NCBI GenBank assembly: GCA_036351155.1
Contig: JAZBOO010000293.1
Span: 1 to 48,029 of the forward strand
Length of the DNA stretch: 48,029 bases
Source of the DNA: Candidatus Krumholzibacteriia bacterium
GTDB lineage: Bacteria; Krumholzibacteriota; Krumholzibacteriia; LZORAL124-64-63
Reading direction: 5' to 3'
Below are positions 19,206 through 27,336 of the stretch, in pieces. The stretch's first letter is position 1. Each line of letters begins with the position of its first letter. A program made the translations under genes and the position numbers. Below the pieces are notes generated by a model. That model was given only the letters and a program-made list of their open reading frames with translations, made no database searches and had not been told where the DNA came from.

Positions 19206-19214
19206 GGAGAGACC

Positions 19215-21680
19215 ATGGCCTTCCAACGACGTTTGATCATGATCATTGCCGCCTGCTCCAGCCTGGCGCTGCTTTTTCCGATCGGGTGTGCCGAACAGGA
19301 TCTGTATGAACCGCCCGGAGCCCCCTTCCAGCGGGTGGGCCGGGTGCCCTTGCCCAGCCAGAACGAGGGGGTGGCCGCCCTGGGTCGCCACGCTTTTGTG
19401 GCCGGCGGCCAGGCCGGATTGCATTCCATCGACTTCACGAACCCCGCACACCCGGTGCTGCTGCAGACCATCAACACCCAGAAGTACTCAGAAAGCGTGG
19501 AAGTGGTGCGCAGCTTCGTGGGCCAGACCCTCCAGGACATCGCTCTGGTAGTCGAAGGCACCGAGGGTATCACCAGCTACGACATCACCGTGCCGGACGG
19601 CATGACCAGCTTCGAAACCGGCACCACCGCGGTGTTCGGCAACCGGGTGGCCGTGACCGAGTCGGACGATCCCGAGGTGCCCTACGTGGTCTTCCTGGCC
19701 GAAAGCTGGAAGGGTGTGCGTATTTTCGAATCCATTCCCGCCCAGCCCGGCATCCTGGCCTACAACGGTGTGTTTTCCGGCACCAACGGCTACGCCGAGG
19801 GTGTGGCCGTCAAGGATGGTTACGCCTACGTGGCCGACGATCAGATGGGCCTGGCGGTGCTGGATGCCCGCGTGCTGGACCTCGGCAGCGTTCAGCTGGT
19901 CAACTGGTGCGACAGCCCGGGCGAGGCCCTGGATGTGGACCTCTCCGGTGACTACGCTTACGTGGCGGATGGGGACTACGGCCTGGCCGTCTTCCGTATC
20001 GATGGCGGGGAAGCCCCCATCCACGTGGCTCAGCTGGAGCTGGAAGGCGACTGCCGTGCCGTGGAAGTGCGCGATGGACTGGCCGTCCTGTGTGCCCAGG
20101 GCGCGGGGGTTCATTTCGTAGATGTGAGCAACCCGAGGAATCCGGTTTTCCTGGGCCGCATCATCACCGAGTACGCCATGGACCTGACCATCACCCGCGA
20201 GGGCTTCATTCTGGTCGCCGACCGGGACGAGGGCTTGATCATCATGGAGGGCAATTACCCCTTCACCGACGACACCCCCCCGCTGACGGTCAACAGCTTG
20301 CAAGCCACACCCTACGCCCTCGGATCGGTGGAGCTGTCCTGGGTGATGACCGGAGACGACCGCCTTGAAGGCCTGGCCTCCGGGCTGGAAATCCGCATGG
20401 CCGAGACTCCCATCACCTCCCCGGCTGAATGGGATGCCGCCACCCCCTTGACCGACTTGCCGGTGCCTGAAATGGCCGGATCCACCATGTCCCACGTGGT
20501 GACCGGATTGACCGGTGGGAACACATATCATTTCGCCATGATCGTGTCCGATGACGCCGGTCTGACCACCGCCCTGAGCAACTCCGCGGTGGCCACCGCC
20601 GGGGAGGGCATCCTTCTGCTGGACCCCACGCTGGACATCCAGGGCGGCACTGATCAGGATCTCTACACCTACGAGGTCACCTACATCTTCTCGACCGCTC
20701 CCGACGTGCACGAGGTGGTCATCGACGGAACCGGACATCCCATGAGCCCCGTGGACAGCACACGGGACGGGGAAGTCCTGTACCGCTTCCAGACCACCCT
20801 GCCGCACGGACAGCACGACTATTTCTTCCGCTTCGGGGTGGACGATCCCTCCGTTCCCGATTTCATCACCGATCAGCAAGTGGGCCCCACGGTGGGCGCC
20901 CTGGCGTTCACCATGGGCAGTCCCGACCTGGACAATGAGCTCCATCCGGATTACGAGCCGGGTCGCGAAAGTGACGAGTGGCAGCACACCGTGGTCCTGT
21001 CGGACAGCCTGGTGGCCGGTCTGTTCGAGGTCACCCAGGCCGACTGGGCTGACCTGAGCCTGGCCAACCCCTCCCACTTCGTGGGCGATGACCTGCCCGT
21101 GGAAACGGTGACCTGGATGCAGGCCGTGCAGTACTGCAATCTCCTTTCGGCCGAAGATGGTTTGACGGCCGTTTACCAGGTCAATGGTCCCGAGGTCTCC
21201 TGGAACCGGGAAGCCGACGGCTGGCGTCTGCCCACCGAGGCCGAATGGGAATGGCTGGCCCGCGGAGGATCGACCACCGCCTTTGCCGCCGGCCCCATCA
21301 CCGCCCAGGTGTGCAACCTGGACCCCGTGCTGGTCAACCTGGGCTGGTACTGCGGCAGTGATTACTCCCCGGATATGCCGGGCACCCGGAATGTGGGCCT
21401 GCTGAATGCCAATGATCGTGGCCATTTCGACCTGCACGGCAACGTCTGGGAATGGTGCTGGGACTGGTATGGCGATTACCGCCAGCTGGACACCGATGGA
21501 GACGGCGTTGTCCTTGATCCGGTGGGGCCGGTCACGGGCAACGAGCGGGTCATCCGCGGAGGCAGCTGGTATTCCGGCAGCGAAGCTTGCCGCAGCGCCA
21601 ACCGGGGCTTCCGATTCCCCGATTCGGCCGATGACCTGGTGGGATTCCGCGTCGTGCGCACCATTTTCACGGACAGGTAG
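19215..21680 (+). CDS. Lipoprotein with LVIVD-repeat propeller, FN3-like domain and C-terminal SUMF1/FGE-sulfatase-type domain
   Basis: Lipobox FPIG-C; repeats GYAYVADDQMGLAVLD and DYAYVADGDYGLAVFR; FTMGSP...EVTQ...PVETVTW..A..YCN..S..DGL...WRLPTEAEWEWLARGG...FDLHGNVWEWCWDWY...RVIRGGSW...GFRVVR. Confidence 0.85.
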   Translation: MAFQRRLIMIIAACSSLALLFPIGCAEQDLYEPPGAPFQRVGRVPLPSQNEGVAALGRHAFVAGGQAGLHSIDFTNPAHPVLLQTINTQKYSESVEVVRSFVGQTLQDIALVVEGTEGITSYDITVPDGMTSFETGTTAVFGNRVAVTESDDPEVPYVVFLAESWKGVRIFESIPAQPGILAYNGVFSGTNGYAEGVAVKDGYAYVADDQMGLAVLDARVLDLGSVQLVNWCDSPGEALDVDLSGDYAYVADGDYGLAVFRIDGGEAPIHVAQLELEGDCRAVEVRDGLAVLCAQGAGVHFVDVSNPRNPVFLGRIITEYAMDLTITREGFILVADRDEGLIIMEGNYPFTDDTPPLTVNSLQATPYALGSVELSWVMTGDDRLEGLASGLEIRMAETPITSPAEWDAATPLTDLPVPEMAGSTMSHVVTGLTGGNTYHFAMIVSDDAGLTTALSNSAVATAGEGILLLDPTLDIQGGTDQDLYTYEVTYIFSTAPDVHEVVIDGTGHPMSPVDSTRDGEVLYRFQTTLPHGQHDYFFRFGVDDPSVPDFITDQQVGPTVGALAFTMGSPDLDNELHPDYEPGRESDEWQHTVVLSDSLVAGLFEVTQADWADLSLANPSHFVGDDLPVETVTWMQAVQYCNLLSAEDGLTAVYQVNGPEVSWNREADGWRLPTEAEWEWLARGGSTTAFAAGPITAQVCNLDPVLVNLGWYCGSDYSPDMPGTRNVGLLNANDRGHFDLHGNVWEWCWDWYGDYRQLDTDGDGVVLDPVGPVTGNERVIRGGSWYSGSEACRSANRGFRFPDSADDLVGFRVVRTIFTDR

Positions 21681-21687
21681 GGAAAAC

Positions 21688-22782
21688 ATGGCTCAGACCA
21701 GCCGCTTCCACTTCATCGACGAGTTCCGGGGCCTCATCGGCGTGATGATGGCCCTGGGACACAGCAACTACTACTTCAACAGCGCCTGGTTGACCCTGGA
21801 TCCCCTCGATCCATTTTTCGACAACACCCCCCAGTTTCTGCTGCGCTACATGGGGTACCTGTGCGCACCCGGCTTCCTGATGATGAACGGCGCCATGGTG
21901 CACTATGTGTTCTGGCGCCGGTTGCGCAACGGAGAAGCTCTGGGCAAGATCCGCTGGGGATTCATTCAGCGGGGACTGTTCCTCATCGCCGTTCAGCTGA
22001 TCTGGGTCAACGCCTCCTGGGGAGGGTTCACCCGCCTGCGGCTGGGGCATTTCGGGATCATCGCCACCATCGGCACCAGCATGATCCTCCTGGTCTGGAT
22101 GGCCGGCTGGAACTGGAAGTACCGCGCCCTGGTGGCCCTGGCTCTCTTCGTGGGCCACCCTTTCCTGCTCAGCATACCCTACGACCACGGCTCCTGGACC
22201 CACTACCTCATGCAGTTCTTCGTGGACGCCGGAGACTTCAACAAGTATCCGATCATCCCCTGGTTCGCCCTGGCCACCGTGGGCAGCGTGATGGCGCATT
22301 TCTGGTTCGATGGGTGGAAAGACCCCGACGAGCGCGGGCGCAACAGCATGATCGTCGGACTGGTGCTGCTGGCCATCGCCTGGGTTCTGCGGTTCGGCCA
22401 GGGCTTCGGCAACATCTTCGCCTGGGACACCTTCTTCAGCTACTCGTTCTTCCTGGTCCAGAAATATCCCCCCAGCCTGGTCCACCAGTTCTGGTTCTCC
22501 GGCTCGGTCATTTTCCTGGTGGGACTGTTCAGCGTGATCGATGCACGGGTGCCCATTTTGCGGCCTCTGGCGAATATCGGCCGGGTGCCGCTGTTCTTCT
22601 ATGCGGTGCACATCCCACTGCTGGCCATTTTTTCCAAGCGGCTGGGTTTTTTCTACCACGAAAGCGCGGTGATGGGTTCACTCATCGGGTGGGTCGCCCT
22701 GCTGATCGTGATGTACCCTCTGGCCCTGTGGTTCGGTGGGGTCAAGAGAAAGTCGCGCGCCTGGATCATTCGAATGATCTAA
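21688..22782 (+). CDS. Multi-pass membrane acyltransferase-like protein (DUF1624 / HGSNAT catalytic-domain-like)
   Basis: Start at ATG 21688, 7 nt after the upstream stop; IDEFRGLIGVMMALGH, CAPGF, IQRGLFLI, YPIIPWFAL, KYPPSL, GRVPLFFYAVHIPL motifs; about 9-10 TM segments. Confidence 0.75.
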   Translation: MAQTSRFHFIDEFRGLIGVMMALGHSNYYFNSAWLTLDPLDPFFDNTPQFLLRYMGYLCAPGFLMMNGAMVHYVFWRRLRNGEALGKIRWGFIQRGLFLIAVQLIWVNASWGGFTRLRLGHFGIIATIGTSMILLVWMAGWNWKYRALVALALFVGHPFLLSIPYDHGSWTHYLMQFFVDAGDFNKYPIIPWFALATVGSVMAHFWFDGWKDPDERGRNSMIVGLVLLAIAWVLRFGQGFGNIFAWDTFFSYSFFLVQKYPPSLVHQFWFSGSVIFLVGLFSVIDARVPILRPLANIGRVPLFFYAVHIPLLAIFSKRLGFFYHESAVMGSLIGWVALLIVMYPLALWFGGVKRKSRAWIIRMI

Positions 22783-23816
22783 TGATCAGTCTTGCGTGAG
22801 TACCTGGCGTTCATGTCCTGCAGACGCTTGACGATCTCCGCCAGATCCTCGGTGGCCTTTTCCAGGCCCGCCTTGCTATGCTGGTCCGAAGATGCGACCG
22901 ACCGCGCGGGAGCCAGGATTTTTTCCGGCTCCCGTGCCGTTTTTACCGGCCCGGGAACCGCGGACCCGACGGCCCCCTCCACCTTCTGGTAGTAGGTGGC
23001 CCGCCCCGATCGAATCAGGGAGAAGCCCGTGCTCCCCTCGGGCAAGCTTTCGCTGCTTCCCACGAACAACACCCCGCCTTTTTCCAGGGCGCCGTGGGCC
23101 TTGCGCAGCACTTCTCTCTTGAAATCATCGGAAAAATAGATGAGCACGTAGCGGGTCAAGATGATGTCGAAGTTCCCCATCATCACGAAGGAATCCTGCA
23201 GATTGAACTTGCGGAACACCACGGGGTCACGGATTTCCCGATTGACCTCGAAGTCGTTTCCTGCCGGGCTGAAATACTTGCCGCGATACCCTTCAGGGAG
23301 ACCGCGCGACATGGCCATGGAGCCGTATTTCCCCGCCTTGGCCTGGGCCAGGGCCTTGTCCGAATAATCGGTAGCCAGGATGTCCAGCTGCCCGGGCTCC
23401 AAGGTCGGGTTCGTCCTGGCCGCTTCCAGGAAGGTCATCACCAGGGAGTAAGGTTCCTGTCCCGTGGAACAGGCGGCGCTCCAGATCCGGATCTTCTTTC
23501 TTTTTCCCTGCTGGATTTCCGCCGCATAGGCCGGCAGCAGGATGTCCCGAAACACATCGAAGGGCAAGCTGTCCCGAAACCAGAGAGTTTCGTTGGTGGT
23601 CATGGCGTCCAGCACCTTGGCCTTGAGACTGGCCGAACGACCCGCCAGCAGGACTTCATGCAGAGCGCTGAAATCCTCGATGCCCTCGCTGCGCATGATC
23701 TCCCGCAAGCGGGTCTCCACCAGGTAAACCTTGTCCGTGGCCAGACTGATGCCGGTCTCCCGGGCGATGAAATCCCTCAGGAGGTCGAACTCCCGGGTGT
23801 TGATGGCCACCGTCAT
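22779..23816 (-). CDS. cheR: Chemotaxis methyltransferase CheR
   Basis: MTTNETLWFRD, IRIWSAACSTGQEPYS, ILATD, FDIILTRYVLIYF, LFVGSSES. Confidence 0.95.
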   Translation of the reverse strand: MTVAINTREFDLLRDFIARETGISLATDKVYLVETRLREIMRSEGIEDFSALHEVLLAGRSASLKAKVLDAMTTNETLWFRDSLPFDVFRDILLPAYAAEIQQGKRKKIRIWSAACSTGQEPYSLVMTFLEAARTNPTLEPGQLDILATDYSDKALAQAKAGKYGSMAMSRGLPEGYRGKYFSPAGNDFEVNREIRDPVVFRKFNLQDSFVMMGNFDIILTRYVLIYFSDDFKREVLRKAHGALEKGGVLFVGSSESLPEGSTGFSLIRSGRATYYQKVEGAVGSAVPGPVKTAREPEKILAPARSVASSDQHSKAGLEKATEDLAEIVKRLQDMNARYSRKTDH

Positions 23817-24970
23817 CGCGCACCCACCTTGGATCCTCGCACCAGGCGTACCATTCTTTCGGCCATGTCATCCAGAGGGATGCTGCCATCGGAAAGCCCC
23901 GCCTTGTCCACTGCGCGAGGCATGCCGTAAACCACGCACGTGTCCTCGGTCTGGGTCAGGCAAAGACAGTTCGTCAACTTCAGGGAACGCAGTCCGGCCA
24001 GCCCGTCTTCTCCCATCCCCGTCAGGACCACCGCCAGCACCGCGCGATGGGACTGGCACCGGGCCAGCGAACGGAACAGGACATCGGCCGCAGGGCGCAC
24101 GCTTTGCTCGGGCGGATCCTCGTTCAGGGCGGTGACCGCCTTGCCGTCCATCTTGCGCACCACCAGGTGCTTGCCCCCAGGGGCGATGTACACCGTCCCG
24201 GCCTCCAGGGTCATCCCCGCCCGGGCCTCCACCACCCTGACCTGGCTCTTGTTATCCAGGCTCTTGGCCAGCGAATCGGTGAAAAGCGGCGGCATATGTT
24301 GCACCACCACCACGGGTACGGGGTAATCAGCGGGCAGCCGGGGAATGATGTGGGAGAGCGCTTCCGGCCCCCCGGTCGAAACGGCAATGGCCGTGACCCA
24401 GACACCTTCCACGGGAGGGCGCACGGCCGACCCGAATCCCCGCGTGGGACGCGCGGGTGCCACCACGGGCACCGGGGCAGAAGAAGGCCGCGGAACGGCC
24501 GGTGCCGGCACCGGACCCGAAGACCTCGGGAGTTGGGTTGATTTCATCGGAGCATGCATTCCTGTTTGAAGAGTGACGGTCTTGATGACGGGTTCCAGCT
24601 CGGCACGCAAGGCGTCCACGCTGCTCTGAAATCCCCCGCTGCTGGGCTTGCCAATGAACTGCTGGGCTCCCTTGGAAAGGGCCTTGACCGTCAGGTCGGC
24701 CCCTTCTTCGGACATCCCGCTGACCACCACCACCTTGGTCCTCAGACAGCATTTCTTGACCTCATCCAGGAGGTCCATCCCATCCATGTCCGGGAGATGC
24801 AAATCCAGGAAAACCACGTCGGGCTTGAAGGTCCGGATCAGATCCAGGCCCTGCTGACCCGTCGCCGCCACCTTGACCAGATCCACCCCGTCCAGGTCGG
24901 CCAGGACCTGCCCCATGACCTTCTGGAACACCAGACTGTCTTCCACCACCAGCGCTTTCAAGCCCATCAT
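23813..24970 (-). CDS. cheB: Chemotaxis response regulator / methylesterase CheB
   Basis: REC domain (VVEDS, FLDLHLPDMDG), Pro-rich linker and catalytic motifs STGGPEAL, VQHMPP, RPAADVLF, LTGMGEDG, VVYGMP. Start is 24970 or 24967. Confidence 0.95.
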   Translation of the reverse strand: MMGLKALVVEDSLVFQKVMGQVLADLDGVDLVKVAATGQQGLDLIRTFKPDVVFLDLHLPDMDGMDLLDEVKKCCLRTKVVVVSGMSEEGADLTVKALSKGAQQFIGKPSSGGFQSSVDALRAELEPVIKTVTLQTGMHAPMKSTQLPRSSGPVPAPAVPRPSSAPVPVVAPARPTRGFGSAVRPPVEGVWVTAIAVSTGGPEALSHIIPRLPADYPVPVVVVQHMPPLFTDSLAKSLDNKSQVRVVEARAGMTLEAGTVYIAPGGKHLVVRKMDGKAVTALNEDPPEQSVRPAADVLFRSLARCQSHRAVLAVVLTGMGEDGLAGLRSLKLTNCLCLTQTEDTCVVYGMPRAVDKAGLSDGSIPLDDMAERMVRLVRGSKVGAR

Positions 24971-25000
24971 GCATCCTTGGTGCAACCCCGCAGGGTCGCT

Positions 25001-26773
25001 TTAGAGTTGGAAACGCGACACCAGTTCATCCATGCTTTCGGCCAGGGTGCCCAGTTCACTGGCATTGCTGCGCGTGGCCTGGATGCCCTTGTCCGTCTCG
25101 ATCACACCTTCGCGCACGGCCTGGATGGTCCGGGAAATTTCCTGGGTCCCCTTGGCCCCTTCCTGCACGCGGCGCGTGATCTCCTGTGCAGCCTGGTTGG
25201 CCACGCCGCCGCTCTTGCTGATCTCGTTCAGAGTCGCCGACTGTTCTTCCACGGCACTGGCGATGCTGGTCGAGATCTCGTTGACCTCCTCGATCACCTT
25301 GCTGATGGCCTGGACCGACTCGACCGCCGTCGAGGTGCTGGCCTGCATTTCCCCGATCTCGCGGTTGATCTCCTCGGTGGCCTGGGTGGTCTGGCGGGCC
25401 AGCTCCTTGACCTCGTTGGCCACCACCGCAAAGCCCTTGCCCGCTTCTCCGGCACTGGCTGCCTCGATGGTGGCGTTCAGAGCCAGCAGGTTGGTCTGGT
25501 CGGCAATGTCGGTGATCACGTCCAGCACCTTGCCGATCTTCTCACTGGCTGCCTTCAGCTGATCCATGACCTCCACCGCCTGGTTGCTCTGGCGATTAGC
25601 ATTGTCGGCAATCTCAGCGCTGCGCACCGAGCTCTTGGCCACTTCGGTGATCGAAGCCGTCATTTCCTCGATGCTGGCGGCCACGGTGTTGAGCATGGTG
25701 CTCATGTCCTCGGCGCTGCCGGCAATGCCGCTGATGCTGGTGCTCAGCTCTTCGCCCGCAGAGCTGACCGTGTTGGCCACATCGGTCATCGACTCGGAAT
25801 CATCGGCCAGCTTGTCGGACTGGCTGCCCAGGCTATTGCTGGAGTCCTTGAGGGTGTTGCTCCCCTTTTTCAATCCCGAGATCAGATCGCGCAGGTTCTC
25901 GGTCATGGTGCTCAGCGCAGCACCAAGCACCCCTATTTCATCCTGCCGACCTTTCTGCTTCAGCTCGGCGGAGAGGTCGCCGCGGGCCAGATCGTTGGCA
26001 TAGTCCACGGCCTCGCTCAGAGGGGCCACGAACAGCTTCTTCATGGCCACCTGGAGAAGCATGGCCATGACCACCAGGCCCACCAGGATGACCACCGCCA
26101 TCTTGAAGAGGGCCGCCTGGAAGGCGGCGTCCGCCTCGTCCATCGACTGGATCACCTCGAAGGCTCCGTGAATGCTGCCCACTTCCCAGTTCTCCATCCG
26201 GGAGCCCGTGGGGTCCAGTCCCTTGTCGTTGCCCCAGAGTTCCTGGCTGGTGGCCGGATCACCGTGGCAATTCAGGCAGCTTGCGGTCAGCTTGACGGGC
26301 CTGAAATACCGGATGGTGTTCGCCGCCTGATCGTGGACGTAGTACTCCGCAAGATTCTCCGCCTTGATCTTCTTGAGAGCCTTGGCCTCCAGTTCATCAG
26401 GTTCGTTGTCCGGATTCCGGGGCTGGAACTTGGGCACCTTGAACTCGTAATTCCCTTCGTCCGAGTTGACCATCACCGAGCGCCAGGCCGCCACGATGGG
26501 CACCGAACCCAGCGCGGTGTCCATCTCGCCCCGGTCGGCCCACTCGCGCATCATCTCGGTGCTGAACACCCCATCGGTCCAGTTTTTTTCCATGGTGGTC
26601 CGGGCCCCCTGGGCCGAAAGGGCCACGGAGCGTGCCTTGTCCACGGTGCTGCTGTTGATCTTTGCCCTTTCTTCACGGGCATAGACCACGAACAGGGAAA
26701 CGGACAGCAAGGCCGGCAGCAAAATGCTCGCTGCCGTGATCTTTGTCCGGATGGAAAGCCTTGACCAGTTCAT
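25001..26773 (-). CDS. Methyl-accepting chemotaxis protein with periplasmic c-type heme (DUF3365/Tll0287-like) sensor, HAMP and signalling domain
   Basis: Two TMs flanking a domain with [17 protein letters not shown] and CLNCH (CxxCH); HAMP (DEIGVL); [37 protein letters not shown]. Confidence 0.93.
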   Translation of the reverse strand: MNWSRLSIRTKITAASILLPALLSVSLFVVYAREERAKINSSTVDKARSVALSAQGARTTMEKNWTDGVFSTEMMREWADRGEMDTALGSVPIVAAWRSVMVNSDEGNYEFKVPKFQPRNPDNEPDELEAKALKKIKAENLAEYYVHDQAANTIRYFRPVKLTASCLNCHGDPATSQELWGNDKGLDPTGSRMENWEVGSIHGAFEVIQSMDEADAAFQAALFKMAVVILVGLVVMAMLLQVAMKKLFVAPLSEAVDYANDLARGDLSAELKQKGRQDEIGVLGAALSTMTENLRDLISGLKKGSNTLKDSSNSLGSQSDKLADDSESMTDVANTVSSAGEELSTSISGIAGSAEDMSTMLNTVAASIEEMTASITEVAKSSVRSAEIADNANRQSNQAVEVMDQLKAASEKIGKVLDVITDIADQTNLLALNATIEAASAGEAGKGFAVVANEVKELARQTTQATEEINREIGEMQASTSTAVESVQAISKVIEEVNEISTSIASAVEEQSATLNEISKSGGVANQAAQEITRRVQEGAKGTQEISRTIQAVREGVIETDKGIQATRSNASELGTLAESMDELVSRFQL

Positions 26774-26832
26774 GATGACCTTTCCTTTTCTCGTCCCTCT
26801 CTCCAGGGACAGTCAACTCTGCTTGACCTTGT

Positions 26833-27336
26833 CTATGATTGTTCGGTGATGGTCTGCGCCAGGCCCTGATCCACCAGGGATTTCAGGCCCAGCACCATCA
26901 TCAGCTTGTTCTCCAGCTTGATCACACCGCTCAGGTGTTCGGGATCCAGTCCATGGGCGTTGGCCGGCGGACGGTCGATGCCGTCTTCCTCCACCTTGAC
27001 CACATCACTGATGCCATCGACCAGCAAACCTATGGCGTCGGTGTGCATCTCTTCCTTGATGATCCCATCCTCGTATAGCCGGGCCGTTTCATCGGCGGTT
27101 TTCAGGATGATGCATCGCGACTGGCCCGAGTGGCCTCGCGGCTCGAGGCCCAGGGTTGGGCCCAGGTCCAGAACGGTGATGATCTGGCCGCGCAGATTGA
27201 GCAGGCCGCGCACGGCCTTCGGCGCATGTTCCACCGGAGTGAAAACCACATTCCGGATGATTTCTCGCACGACCAGGATATCCACCCCGAACAGGTGGTC
27301 ATCCATCAGGAAGGACACGAACTGCTGATCACGCAT
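26833..27336 (-). CDS. cheW: Chemotaxis adaptor CheW
   Basis: QFVSF...FGVDILVVREI...VRGLLNLRGQIITVLDL...GLLVDGISDV. Confidence 0.95.
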   Translation of the reverse strand: MRDQQFVSFLMDDHLFGVDILVVREIIRNVVFTPVEHAPKAVRGLLNLRGQIITVLDLGPTLGLEPRGHSGQSRCIILKTADETARLYEDGIIKEEMHTDAIGLLVDGISDVVKVEEDGIDRPPANAHGLDPEHLSGVIKLENKLMMVLGLKSLVDQGLAQTITEQS

